Notes under the pieces: generated by a model
Databases searched by the model: none
The model's input: the letters and a program-made list of their open reading frames with translations, nothing else
What the model was told of the DNA's origin: nothing
In this document: positions 1-12,493 of the stretch, one piece after another
How positions within the stretch are numbered: position 1 is the first letter of the stretch
Layout: each line of letters begins with the position of its first letter
Assembly: GCA_964035545.1 (NCBI GenBank)
Contig: CAXIUT010000223.1
Coordinates: 1 to 21,248, forward strand
From: Bugula neritina
Taxonomy: Eukaryota > Animalia > Bryozoa
Length of the DNA: 21,248 nucleotides
Direction of reading: 5' to 3'
Program-made: the position numbers and the translations under genes

Positions 1-306
1 GAGGTCCAAATTATTGAATAAAACCTGAATTAATGATGGAGTACCCAACATGCTAGAACAGCCTGGACCTCCATTAAGCCATAGAACAAGGTCATCAGTT
101 TAAGGTTTATCTTTAGAAGTGATAAAAACGTAGTGATTGGCTACTAGAGGTTCATCTTGGATGTTTAGATATCCGCTATACATCGAAAACTATGAGCTAA
201 AGTTATAATAGCCTTTGAGTTAAGGAACTATATCATCTGCTGGAGCTGAATAAGTTAGTACCAGCAGACAAGAAAGAAGGATAGCTTATGAGAGATGTTT
301 CATCAT
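1..306 (-). CDS. Serine carboxypeptidase (peptidase S10), 5' part; runs off the window edge; 20-nt intron at 25-44
   Basis: Signal peptide MMKHLSEAILLSCLLVLTYS, then MYSGYLNI...LVLWLNGGPGCSSML[intron]GFIQ(TAA=E)FGP, the classic S10 motifs. Confidence 0.95.
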
Positions 307-402
307 AATTATATCTTGATAGATTTATTATATCAACTTACAAAATAATCAAATATTACTAAAATATATTATTAATTAGATATTGAAAATAATAAGTGAA
401 GA

Positions 403-1968
403 TCAAAATTATTTGATGATTTGTTCATATTATCTATTTCTTGATTCTACTGCACAAAACCATAAATACAGTCCAGATAATAGAGAATACACTCCAAAGA
501 AAAGAAACAAAGGCCAGGGAGTATGAGATGGCGTGACGATATCCATGAAAATAGGAGGAAGAATAGTGACCAGTACCATAGCAGGCCAAGCAGTAAATGA
601 AGTATAAGTTACTTTCTAATTTTTTAAGATCTAAGCAGGATAAATAGATGATATCAATGAATAAGTCACCCCAAAGACTATTATGAAAAGAATCATAGAT
701 AGAAATATAGTTGCTTCACTTGTTATCAACATTCCCACCATTGCCATCACATCAAATACTGCGAATAGTACTGCTCCTATCACCATCAATAACTTTCTTG
801 CTAGGCGTTAGAAAAATAGATGAGAGGCTAAAGTTGATATAAAAGCGATTGCACTTAGAATAAAATTAGTATATGGACCAAGTCTGTCATCTTCTTGACC
901 GATTATGTAGCCAGAATACACTAGAATTGTAGTTATACCAACGAATTATCTAAAGATGTTGAGATAGACACCCATAAATCTGGCTCTAAAACGTCCAAAT
1001 TGATAAGGCTATCGTTCTTAATGTAAGATGCCTGTAGCTTTTAGAGCTTTAACTTCTGATTAGAGTTTATATCGATCAACCATCAGATCAACGAATTCTT
1101 GTTTATAGATAAAAGATAAAACCTTACGTCCTTAATCGTATTCCTGTCTATCGAAGAGATAAGTGGGACTATTGGGTATAAAGATAATCATCAGCACTAG
1201 TTGAACTAAAGCCATCAATCCTGGAAAGCAAAACATGATCCTAAAATATTAATTAACATCATTTCGATAGAATACTACTCCAAAGAAGTATCCCAGCATG
1301 ACAGCTCCTACCACACTGCAACTGTAGACAGATCTGGCGAAATGTCTAAGTCCTCCAGGAACAATTTCTTGAATATATCGAGGCGACCATGAGCAGTAGC
1401 AAGCAATACACATTCCATAGACAAATCTACCAGCCAGTATCGTATATCTATTAGTTATTTGCATCAGTGCAAAAGAAGTCACCATACAGACCAAGTTTAT
1501 GACATGATGAGCCGTTCTATATAAATATATTGAATACTTGTTATTCAAACGGGAGATGATAAAGCGACTAACAATGGTTCCTAAAAAGGCTCCAATTGGC
1601 ATAAAAGAAACCAATAATGCTAAACTCAAGCCTACAGGACCAGAAAAACCATAAATCGAGTGAAGTTATTTTTGGTTATAGATAGTTGTTATTTCACATA
1701 GACCATATCCAAACTGCATACCAGATATTGACAAAATAGCAACGATGTTAAAGATAGGAAAGAGTTGTTTCCAAGTTTGTACAGTTGTTTTTTATAAAAT
1801 TTTTATTCTCTGCTCCAATAACTTGCTCTTGCGGTTTAGCTCGTCTTACTGTGCAGATGGATTGGAGCCATCTATGTTGAATTCTTCGGGTTGCTGACGG
1901 ATTGGCATTTCTATTTGTCCTAGTACTTCTTTGAGGGTTTATTTATCAGATATCGGGTTTTCGTCCAT
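403..1968 (-). CDS. MFS sugar-porter family transporter, 521 aa, intronless
   Basis: Single frame from ATG 1968 to TGA 403 with TAR=Glu. Motifs MQFGY, LAGRFVYG, PRYIQEI, YPA(TAG=E)IL and C-terminal VESRNREYEQI (PETKG-like); many hydrophobic segments. Confidence 0.92.
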
Positions 1969-2054
1969 GATATTATTTAGATAGATATCAAATAGTGATT
2001 CAATAATTATCAATCAAACTCAAGTCATTCATATTTAATATACTTAATTAACAA

Positions 2055-2150
2055 AGATTCAATAGCTTGATGTTCTTAACATCAATCGAATAAGGTTTAG
2101 ACACCCTTAAGTGTTTAATAGGGGGCCCTCATGTAAATGAGGACTAAATA
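2055..2150. other. GC-rich multi-hairpin element (candidate ncRNA or 3'UTR element)
   Basis: Stems TTGATGTT/AACATCAA (2067-2085), ACAC/GTGT (2101-2114) and CCTCAT-GTAA-ATGAGG (2127-2142), with an enclosing GTTTAG/CTAAAT helix. No known family recognised. Confidence 0.35.
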
Positions 2151-2166
2151 ATAGAAGCTTGAAGAA

Positions 2167-3308
2167 TCACTGTTCTTCACTTTCTGACTCTTAGCACTAC
2201 TTATTATCATCTAGATCCTTGTTAGAACTCTCACTTTATTTGTATGAATGGCTTTCCTAATCTTCGTCTTAATCATCACTAACTTCTTCTTGATTTATTT
2301 CTTTATTTTAACCATCAGGAGAACCATTCTAGTTGGCATTCATTGATTCTTTGTTATGAGATTTATTACCAGAATTCAAATAAGGAATAGTATGGGAAAT
2401 GGAATTTTTTAGATTTTAAATAAGAACAGTACCATCACCCTCAATTTATTGGTTGTAAAGCTGTTATGATACTATTTGTACTATTTATTCTTCACCCTTT
2501 ATAAAAAAATATCTAACCTGATGCCTGAAACTTTATCCTTTCTGTGAAGAAGAAAAATTATTCCTTCTGTTTCTTCTTTAACCATCTTCTTCTTCTTCTT
2601 CTTCTTCTTCTTGTGTTCTGCATTCCAATAACCTTGGTAGCTATCAAAAGGTAAAGTTGAATTCGAAAATTATGAATTCGATTAATTCTCTTATTATTTC
2701 TGTGATATTTCATAACTTGCATGATAACTTTGTCCTTCTCCAGGATTTTAGTCATAAGTTTTCAATTCTATTTTATTTCTTTATCTTTTTAGCTTATTTT
2801 TTTTGAGATAATTGCTTTCTGTCTCATTCTTTTACTCCATTTTCTCATTTTTTTCAAGAAAATCATCTTTTTTCTATTCATCTTTCTCCTATCTTTTATG
2901 TTCGAATCTACAGCTCTTATCGAAATAAACTTTATCTGCTATTTTATTCTGTTTTTTTTATTCTTCTTAGATTTTCTCTCTCTCACTATTTTCATTTTAA
3001 AGACTTGAACAAAAGATCCAATTCTTTTTATTATCTGGAGCTTTTTCTTCTTTTTACTCCTAATTTTTTCTCTTTTATTCTTTTTTATCCGTTTTGTCCT
3101 TTTTTTCCTTTTATTCTTCATCTTTTGCTTTTTGTCTGAGCATCCCTTTTTCTTGTTATCTGAGAATCTCTGCTTGTTTTTTCCTGAGAACATCTGCTTC
3201 TTGTTATGAGGAAATCTATTCTTTGAGATCTTCAGCCGAATAAGTCTATTTTAGTTTTCCATCTTTGCATTTTGAGAACTGGGGGTCGCCTTGGAAGTTT
3301 TTATCCAT
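2167..3308 (-). CDS. Low-complexity Glu/Lys-rich hypothetical protein; needs one unresolved frame change near 2600-2650
   Basis: ATG 3308 opens an E/K-rich frame. The acidic C-terminal half (EEEEEEEDG...ESESEEQ, TGA 2167) is in another frame. No convincing 20-nt intron found. Confidence 0.6.
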
Positions 3309-3389
3309 AATCTCTTTTAATGTAAAGTACAATCAAAATTCTCATATAATATCTAGAATGATTTATCACAATAAAAAAGTTTAACATAA

Positions 3390-5558
3390 TCAAAGAAAGA
3401 TCTGTCTGCCTTTACAAAGCACATTAATATCATTTTTAGTACTCTTTTCCTAATTTCTAATTGTCTTCTTAAAAAATTTCTCAGCACTAGTCCGTCTAAA
3501 CTTATTCCTTTCTGCCTTGATATTCATCTTTGAAGATTATCTCTGATTATTGATTTATATTTTATTCCCTCTAATTCCTTTGTTTACCTCTAAAGCTGGA
3601 GGCTCAGAAGTCACTCCTCTCAAACTTTGCTCAGCCACCTTCTGAACTCGTCTAAACTGAGCACAATTTTGTCCATTCATTAGCCCTTTGTTCTTTTATA
3701 TTCGACGATTGTTGTTGGTAAGACTAGTAAAGTTCCTGTCATTTTTGGATTTAGGAGGTTTTTGATAATCTGACTGCTTTGATAGACTATGAACTCTTTG
3801 ATTTTTAAAGGATATTTTGTTGTGAAAATTTGATGTTATAATTTGAGTTGGAGCCTATAACAAATACATTGATAATTCTCTCTATTTTTAAACATTATCT
3901 TCAGTATGAATAATAGCTGCTTCTGATTTTTGTTTCAAATTAGAAAACCCTTTTGATCCTTTAGCTGTATAAGCAGGTAAGTTAACTTTTATTTTTTCTT
4001 GTTTATTTTTCATTGCTTTTGATATAATTTAACCTTTTTCAGGCTAGCTATCAGAACCGCTATCAGAATCATTTCCAACTTTAAGTAAAAACTAACTTTC
4101 AGCTAATTAATTAAATATTTTTTCTTTGAAATCGACTAATTTAGTTGATAGTTGTCTTCCATTTTAGACAGGTTAGTAGAAGTAAGTGCTGATACCTAGA
4201 CATAGTTTTTTACCAACTTTTTAATAATCGTCAACAGTAAAATTATATCCATTGATAGGTCCACAAAAAGAAGCTTCTAATGTAAATATTTAATTGATTC
4301 TAAATTATTTATAGAGAGCAACTCTAGCTGTTCCTTCCTTATTTTTCTAAATATTAAAAGAACAATCAATATAACTATAAGCATTATGTATTTTGCTCAT
4401 CAAATAAGGAAAAGATTTAGCTTTAGCTGTCTATACTTGATTTTTTTAATAACAGCCATAAAAAAATACATTTTTCTTTCTTGAATGACCATGTACATCA
4501 ATAAACATTGATAACTTTCGACTTTTGCTTTATCTTCTTATCATTTATTTCAAACGATAGATCTAAGGATGATGCTTTTATGAAGGATCTTTCCATTTTC
4601 TGTTAAGATCAACTCCTGCAGCTGAAAAACGATAGTTTCCACGACTGACTCCATCTACGTTGACCATCGGCACTACTTTTATCAAAAATCTTTACCTCAA
4701 ATAACATGCATGTTACAATTAACAAAGAAGTTCTTTAATAAATCCTTAAATAATAAATGAAGATCCTGTTTATCCTGGATGAGTTCTAGCAGAAATAACA
4801 ATAAATTCTTTTGAATTGATATTACCAAAAGTAAAAATAGGTATTTTTCTACCTTAATAACTGACTCCTAAGATAGTTGGTTTTACTTGAGTTTGTATTT
4901 AAGTGATAAAGCTATTGAGTTTTTAGAGCGTATAAGGAAAAGAGTAAGCAAATTACACTGAAGAATATTAATTAGTTTTAAAGAAAAAACTAAATTTCAA
5001 GCAATAAGTTTCTTATTATCCTTAGCTATAACTCTAATAACTGATATGAGTACCTCCCCTTCTCCACTTACTATCTTTCTGATCTCGATAGCACACTTTC
5101 ATGCCCTGATTGAACAAGCTACTTCGTTTATTGAACCCTTTGATGAGAAAATTGGCTTATCCTTTGATTCCTTAAGCTACAAAATAAAACCAACTGTTAT
5201 TTCTTAGTGAATTTATTTATTGATCTAACGTTATTTTATACGAATTGTTGCCAATGATATCAACACTGCCTATATTACCAGATTAGAAATTGGATCTGAA
5301 AAGTGCGTTTCCTATTTTGATGATTTTGCCATGATTGCATGTAAGTTGTTTGCTATTGATATTGAAAGATTATGGTTAGGTGTAGGTGGGTAATACTACT
5401 AATCCTAATTTATGTTTTTATGAGATATATTTGCTTCTGGGGTTGGTTTTGCGATTGACTTCCACTAGCTATACTTGATTAGTTATTGTATATACTTAGG
5501 GTATTTATAGCTAAAATTATCCATCGCTTTGAGGGTCTTTCTATAAGTAACTATGCAT
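3390..5558 (-). CDS. Cytosolic carboxypeptidase (M14D, CCP/AGBL tubulin deglutamylase family), 722 aa, intronless
   Basis: F(TAA)SGN, WFYF, FAYSFPYT, ARTHPG(TAA), PMVNVDG..GNYR, DLNR, DVHGHS, EGTARV and TLEASFCG, all in one frame. Confidence 0.95.
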
Positions 5559-5640
5559 TTGGTTGTTTTATAATATTTATTATCTATGTTAATAATTGTA
5601 CTATGATCAAAGTTATAAGTATTTATATGATTATAGATGA

Positions 5641-6574
5641 TCAGAAGATTAGATTGTTCATGAGAGAGCCTAAACAAAAACTGCCTATTATCATCAGTAG
5701 CAACATAGGAAATGGATAAATTGAATTTGATTCTCCTTGATTTGCCTTCAAGTTGTTTATTGTTGCCTTCTCTTTCCTTATTTTATCGTCCAATTCTGCT
5801 AATATAGCCTTCTACTCGCTTCTATCTCTACTATCTTTGACAGGTTCAGTCATCGAATGGAAAAGATTCATGTTATTTTTATCTTTTACTGATGTATTTG
5901 TTATGTTGATCGAGTTGTAACTCTACTACAGGTCGATTGTTTTAGTTTACTATGCAGGTATTGTTTTGATTTATGTGGATTATACTTTCATAAAGGTAGT
6001 AGGTGATTAAATTTATTTATTTATAGGACTTTTCTAGATTTATTTTTATACTATTTAATCTTTTTTTTGCCATTTCTTTGATTCTACTTAAACTTTAGGC
6101 ATTGAGTTAGTTAGGGTTTAATCTTTGACGGGTGTATATGTAATTTCTTATTTTTATTATTTAATTTTAGGACTCATGATAACAAGTTCTGGATCATACT
6201 TTTTAACAGTAACAACTGTTTTGAAGATAGAATCTTTAGTATGTGAAGTCATTTTAGAATCTTTGTTTCTTATATCTTACTAGCTAGCTATTCCATAGTT
6301 AAACTACAATTTGAGTGGAGTAGTTTCTGATGGTTTATCTGTCAATTTGATAGCTATTTCTCTAACAGATTAGGGCAAGATGAAATCATGAGTGGTTTGT
6401 AAGGAGACAACTGTTTTTTGATTAGTTTTTATCTTTAATTAAAATAAGTAATACTTTGAAGACATAGGTATGTGGTGATTTGTTGGTGAGTTTAAGTGAT
6501 TTGTTGAAACTTTATTGTTTTGTTGAGTATGTTATGTCTGTGTCGATTTAGATATCTTGGGCGGATCCTTTCAT
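5641..6574 (-). CDS. VAP-like tail-anchored protein (MSP domain, linker/coiled coil, C-terminal TM), 303 aa; 22-nt intron at 6433-6454
   Basis: LKLTNKSPHTYVFK|IKTN...FILP resembles the MSP domain. C-terminus YPFPMLLLMIIGSFCLGSLMNNLIF* is a tail anchor. Confidence 0.8.
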
Positions 6575-6653
6575 TTATAAGCAATAAAATATGATTATAA
6601 CTATAAAATATGGTCAATATTAATATATTGATTATGCTATTTGAAATAATATA

Positions 6654-7946
6654 TCAATATTATTTTGAACCAATTGGTTGGATCTATTCTAATTCGACTT
6701 ATTTCTTTTTTTATTTGTTTTGTTTTATTTGTCCAAATAGTCTGCTTAAATTGATTTTTATTTGAATAAAATATTTTGAAATGGATTCATAGTACTTGTA
6801 GAACATACCAAGAGAGATGATAGCATTGAAGTAGATTAAAGCTATTTGCCAATTACTGATATCCATTTTGAGTAAAGATAGCTATTTGAATTTATAGGGA
6901 CAATCTTCAGGTGTAACTATTGCCATATATTGCATAGAATGAGTCAATACCAAGAGTAAAACTATAGTTATTTCTCTGAAAATCAATAGATTACTATTCA
7001 ACTTTTTATATTATTAAAATTACTGTTTAATATTGTGGATATTGTTGATAGTAAAGATAACTAAAGGAATGATATCAAAGGAATAAAAAGACATTGCTGC
7101 TACTATTACATTGATGCATAGATTATATTTAGAATTATGCATATTATTCCAAATAAGCAGATATCCAATAAATAAAATGAGCATAATAACGATACTTATT
7201 GTTGTGCTCCTCTATACTAGTAACAAGACAGTATGATCCTGAGATTTACCGATCTAGTAACTAAATAGTTTAACCTACATCTAGCAATATATCAAAAGCA
7301 AAATCAAAAGGTTAAAAAATGCTCCTTACTAAGATCTAATAAGATTGACTACGAACAGCAATTGACTAACACCACATAAAGTTAATAAGATACAAACCGT
7401 CCATCTCATTACCACCAAATCTTTTAGATATTTACTGAGTTCAAATGGTTTTAAATCGATATGCATTTCGATTTATTTGGATTTTAAGTGAATAGATTTT
7501 TCCTTTGTGTAATTCAAAAAATAGTCTATTTCTGACAACACAGTTTTTGATTACTTTTTAGTTCTATCATTTAGATCTATTTCTTCTAATTTGATTATTA
7601 GTTTATTTTTATTTCCAAAAAAAGTTGAGCCATCAGCATTTGAACTACTATAAAATGGTTCTTAGAATTTGAATTACAATACCAAACGTTGAGTGTACTT
7701 TGATTCGGTGTTATCGAATATGGTTAAATTTAGTTTGTTTGAATCGTCAGTGAAACTTCCTAATTCACTGATGTTTCTACCTCCATGGCTTTATTTGAAG
7801 AAGTTGTTCAACATTTTGGTTTAGTTGTGAATCTAAGTTGATGCAAAAACTGTCTTGTTCCAAGTTAAAGTAAAAGAATTGCTTTTGATCGAAATCAAAA
7901 TGAGTGAAAGATAGACTAACTGAGTCAATGAGTTTTTAAAGGTCAT
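6654..7946 (-). CDS. Signal peptide + luminal domain + multi-pass membrane protein, 430 aa (intact member, copy A, of a local family)
   Basis: Open 431-codon frame with hydrophobic N-terminus, about 170-aa soluble domain with NxS/T sites, then about 6-7 hydrophobic segments. Family not identified. Confidence 0.8.
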
Positions 7947-8402
7947 AATATATATATATTTAATCTTAAATTAACTTGATTTTTAGATTTATCAAAGATT
8001 CTTTGGAAATACGAACCTATTGCAGGTAATATATTTTGAGAATAACTTTTGATCATTTAAATCCATCCTTTACTTTCTACGATAACTTCTTCCATCACCT
8101 CAACCAATTCTTCCTCTTCTTTTATAAACTTCTTCAAATAAGCTGGTTGGATTAGTCTATCCCGATAAAGTATTTTTCTGATTCTTCTTCTACAAACTGG
8201 ACAGGTTCCTTTTTTCTATTTTTGATGAGAAGTACCTTAGCCCACTGTGAAAGACAGGTATGACAGAAACGATGAGAACATTCATCAGGTTTTGACTAAA
8301 TAGTGATAGAAATACTTTTAGTGGTCTTAGCATGCATATTTGACAAACATTTTCCGATTCAGACTATTTTTTAATCTGGCGGGTTTTGTTCCTTTTTGAC
8401 AT
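7943..8402 (-). CDS. Small RING-HC (C3HC4) protein; 20-nt introns at 8296-8315 and 8216-8235; 3' end uncertain (7943 or 7992)
   Basis: After splicing: CQIC...ECSHRFCHTCLSQWAK|KKGTCPVCR. Confidence 0.88.
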
Positions 8403-8528
8403 CAAGTATTAATTATAACTAAAAATCAAAACTAAATTATTATTATAACCCTCATCATCAATATATATTAAATGAAGTTATTATCTAACATCCATTTTTC
8501 AATCATTTAAATCTTTATAAATATAAAA

Positions 8529-8845
8529 ATGCAACAAACAATAACAATAAAAGTAGATTTCGGTGGCGGTCTTGATCTAGTATTCGACAACATCCGCTAG
8601 CTCACCCTACAACTACCTACCCCAGCAACCATTCAAGGTGTTATTTAAGAATTGGCCAATAAGTATGCCAATAGCAAGAAGTAAATGTTTGCAGTTAACA
8701 ATAAGATGTAATGATGGTATTATTTAGGTTGCCAGGGATATTAGTGTTGGTAAATGATGCTGATTGGGAGTTGCTGTAGAAAGAAGAGACGTAGTTGTAA
8801 AACAAAGATAAAGTTAGCTTTATATCTACTTTGCATGGAGGGTGA
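8529..8845 (+). CDS. URM1: Ubiquitin-related modifier 1, 98 aa; 20-nt intron at 8708-8727
   Basis: VDFGGGLDLVF...PGILVLVNDADWELL...VSFISTLHGG*, the Urm1 signature. Confidence 0.97.
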
Positions 8846-8899
8846 TTTCTTTTATAATGACATCAACTTTTAATCTCATTATTCAATTATAGTTAATTT

Positions 8900-9236
8900 A
8901 ATTTATTGATGATAAAAAATATTTAAAAGATAAAAAGGTTCAAATTCTCTTAATATTTTATTTTAAAATGACTTTTTTTATCATTAATTTTTTGATTTTT
9001 ATTTGATTTTATGTTTATTTGCTTATAAGAAAGATTTGCTGATTTAGACATTAAAAGTTTGATTTAGGGATAATCATAGGTAAAATTTATTTCAAATTTT
9101 ATCAACTAAATTTATTGTCTTTCTATATTCTTCAATAAAAATATACATAAAGTTTAAAAAGGATGTTGTTAAATATGAAACAGCATTATTAGATTAAAGG
9201 AAGACAGAGAAGATAGATGAGGATCAAAGGATTCAT
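8900..9236 (-). pseudogene. Truncated, heavily decayed relic (copy B) of the membrane-protein family
   Basis: ATGAATCCTTTGATCCTCATCTATCTTCTCTGT (MNPLILIYLLC) aligns with ATGAATAAATTGCTCTTCATCTGCCTTCTCTGC at 11985. Weak TINLVDK remnant downstream; 3' limit approximate. Confidence 0.5.
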
Positions 9237-9384
9237 TCAAATTAGCAACTATAGTATAATCTAGGAGTATTAATGATGTAATTTATATGTAAATATATAT
9301 TACAAAGAAACTAATATTAATTTCGATATTTAAAAGATGAATAATTAATAATTGATAGTATTATTATAAGTCAAAATGTTTAGA

Positions 9385-10592
9385 CAATCATATTTTTTTA
9401 ACTTTTGATCCATTTTGAACGAATAGATTCTTTTTATGCAAAATCTTCCTATTGCTGTTCCTATCATTACAATCTCCTTTGTATGAATTTGAATATTTAA
9501 TAAAAACATTAAAATAATAATGATAAAGTCATTTATTTAAATTTTGAATGTCTCATAATGAAACTCTTTAAAAACTTGATATCTTGTTACTGGAGTATAG
9601 AACATTCTGAACATAAATTATATGTATAGTTTGAATACATAAAGAAAAATAGTACTTCTTATTTGTTTCTCGGTCGTATCCATAGATTTAATCAGTTTAT
9701 GTTAATGAAATATCGATGAGGCAGCGGCAAAATAAACAGAATAGTAAGGAATATTGATCAGGAGAGTAGATAATCAGTCCAATTGCAAAGGAGTGAAGAA
9801 ATTTACTTGATCTTTTCATTTACTCATCACCAACTAGGACTATGACAACTGAAAGAGAGAAATAGAGAAATTAAACAATGTAATACTCTTTAAGCCTTAT
9901 AATAGAAAGGTTAGTCTATCTATTTTCTAGTTCCCAGGCATAAAGGCAGAAGTTAAGATAACTAATATAGCAAATCATTTTATATGAACTGAAAAATACC
10001 TTCTTTTAAATGAACATATACGAAATAATGACCCATAAAGAAAATAAATAACTCAGAAAACATGGAATACGCCACCAATTATAGTTATCAGAACTCTATA
10101 TATAAAAAGAAGTTTAATAAAGCTTGAATTCGATCTTAAACTCTATTGATTTTAGTATCAACTCTTTTCCGACTGTATAATTTAAAATATATTTCAATTA
10201 GCTATTTTTGACTTCTATTGACTTCTCAGATCTATTTTTGATATTAACTTTCTCTTCTATCATCTTTATTCTTTCATTACCATTTATTACAGCTAACTAT
10301 TCACTGTAGTTGCTAAGAGGGAAGTGAATCTCCATTCTTTGTGAATATTTTTGATTAAGTATTGTCAACTAAAGTAATATTCAGTTTTATTTATGGCTAT
10401 AGTATGATATTAGTCGATGAAATAGTTTAGCGTTCTGTTTAGTAAAAAAAGTAAGAGTTCAAAGTTGAGTTTCAACATGAGATTCGTTTAGTTTCAAGTC
10501 ATTAAGTAAATTCTTCGACCAAAATAGAGTATATGGACTAGCAATGGACAAGGTCATGAAACAGAAAGAAAGCTTAGTAAAAGACGATTCAT
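9385..10592 (-). pseudogene. Frameshifted paralog (copy C) of the 6654-7946 membrane protein
   Basis: KLNITLVDNTESK/YSQRMEIHF versus KLNLTIFDNTESKYTQRLVLEF in copy A; TP...FKEFHY near the end. At least 4 frame changes (about 10565, 10465, 10350, 9600); 3' end approximate. Confidence 0.8.
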
Positions 10593-10770
10593 TTGAGTGG
10601 TCAAATTGAACAATTTTGTTTGAGCTTTATAAATATTACAAATTGACTTATATATAAAGTTATTCATTTTATATATTGAATATTCAAGCTAATCATCAAT
10701 TATTATCTTATTCATTGATAAATATAGATCATTAATATGAATAATTTATTGATTTAAAGGGTTCAGACAA

Positions 10771-11985
10771 TCAGTTATTTTTCATTTTCTTCAAGCCACT
10801 CTGTAACTTCGAAATAATAAAGTAAAATCCTTTGATAAAACAGATTCTAAAGTCATGAAAAGAAGCTAAATTATTTATCAAAATAATTAAATTACTAAGT
10901 GAAGACATAGACACCTTTTTATAATGATATTCCTTGAAGAGATAAGGACTAGACTCAGGAATCATCTGAATTCTGAATAAAAACAAAAGAAAGACTAAAT
11001 TATTCAGTATTGCGGCAAAATCTCGATAATTCTTTTATTCTTTGCTCAATGTTTAAATTAGCTTATTTTCCTCTGGCATAGACCAAATATGACAAAAAGT
11101 ATAGAAGAGGAGTGATATTTCATCAGGAGAGTAAAACATAAGACAAACTGAAAATAAGTGAAGTGCTTTAGTTGAATTTTTTATTGATTTTGAACAAATG
11201 TTATCAACAAGAAATAAGAAAACCATCACTATTGATATTTTAAACAGCAAGAATCTTTACCATTTAAGGTAAAAAGGTTAATCTAGATTTTTTAACCAAT
11301 CTGAAAAAGAAATATTGATCATAATTGAACAGAAATAGATTATTATCGTTGAAAGGCTAAAAAAGTTAGTGCCAACAGACAATTTTATAAGGAAAATAAA
11401 AATGCACCAAAAGATAAAGAAAAATATTCGACATTAGTGGAAATTATCAAGATTATGAAAGTAAAAATTAAGAAAAGTCATTTTTATTGTCAATTCCTAT
11501 GATTTTAACACAAAACCATAACCAATCACATAGTGAAATTCATAGTTCAAAGAGAGTTCATGAACATTTTTTTGAAATTTTATTTCTTGATTTTAACTTT
11601 TTACTTTTTCTTCAATAATCAATTCTACCTTAGTATTTTTGTTGATAACTTTTTTAATCTAGAAACTTTCTTTGATTAAGGTTTAGATTGAGGTTTATCC
11701 CTTTAGAGTCAATAGCATTACCACTCTTTTTGTGTATTTTGATTCAGAGCTATCTGCTAAAGTGATGTTCATCTTTGTGTGCTCTTATTGTGCATTGTTA
11801 ATTTAGCTAATATTCCATCTTCTATCTTAAGAAAATAAACATGAGATCAATGTCTGAGTTTAAGGATGAGTTTAGTTCAAGGGGAGGTTATAGATAAGAT
11901 TCATTTTCTACAAGACTTTGTATGACTAAGTATGAATCAGAGTGAAGGCAAAGCAGAGAAGGCAGATGAAGAGCAATTTATTCAT
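10771..11985 (-). pseudogene. Frameshifted paralog (copy D) of the same family
   Basis: MNKLLFICLLCFAF...LNETHPETQTL...NI/SE...KMNITLADSSESKYTKRVVML...IPESSPYLFKEYHY. Frameshift near 11810, in-frame TGAs, and TAG where copies A and C have Trp. Confidence 0.8.
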
Positions 11986-12493
11986 TTGAGTTAACAATTC
12001 TAATAGCTAATATGACCGCCTTTTATATAAAAGCAAAATCAAAATATTATCAATACTTTAGATGTGAAAAAACAACATTAGATGATCAAACATTCATCCG
12101 TATTCTTGATAAAATGTTTATTAATAGTATCATTTATAAGGCAAAGAATTTAATCAAATATTTTAAATTATTAAGAAGAGCAATAATAACAAATAAATCT
12201 CTTGATATAAATCTTATAGGCTTTTTCAAAAATGCCTAAACAATTTATTTTAAGTATGTGATTAAAAAGAATAGAAGGTTGACATCAAGTGATTCATTTG
12301 AATTATCAAATTATACAGTTTTTTGAGCTTTTAATAAGAATTATAAAAAATAAGATACTATTTCTAAAAATAATATAGATATATCTTTTAACAATGTAAA
12401 AAATTAAATATTAGATAAAAAATCAATTATTTCAAAGGAATATTCTTTCCTAATTATTGATATTTTAAACATATATCATAAATTTATTATCAA

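Noticed and set aside
5438-5450. Internal TGGGGTTGG telomere-like stretch
   Set aside because: About 1.5 units, and it encodes part of KTNPR in the carboxypeptidase.
9700-9930. + strand NIDEAA (transposase-like) and a GT..AG 21-mer
   Set aside because: Better explained as the antisense of paralog copy C; no DDE triad or terminal inverted repeats.
12012-12325. AT-rich + strand ORF MTAFYIKAK...
   Set aside because: No motif and non-coding-like composition; about 100-codon ORFs arise easily by chance with a single stop codon.
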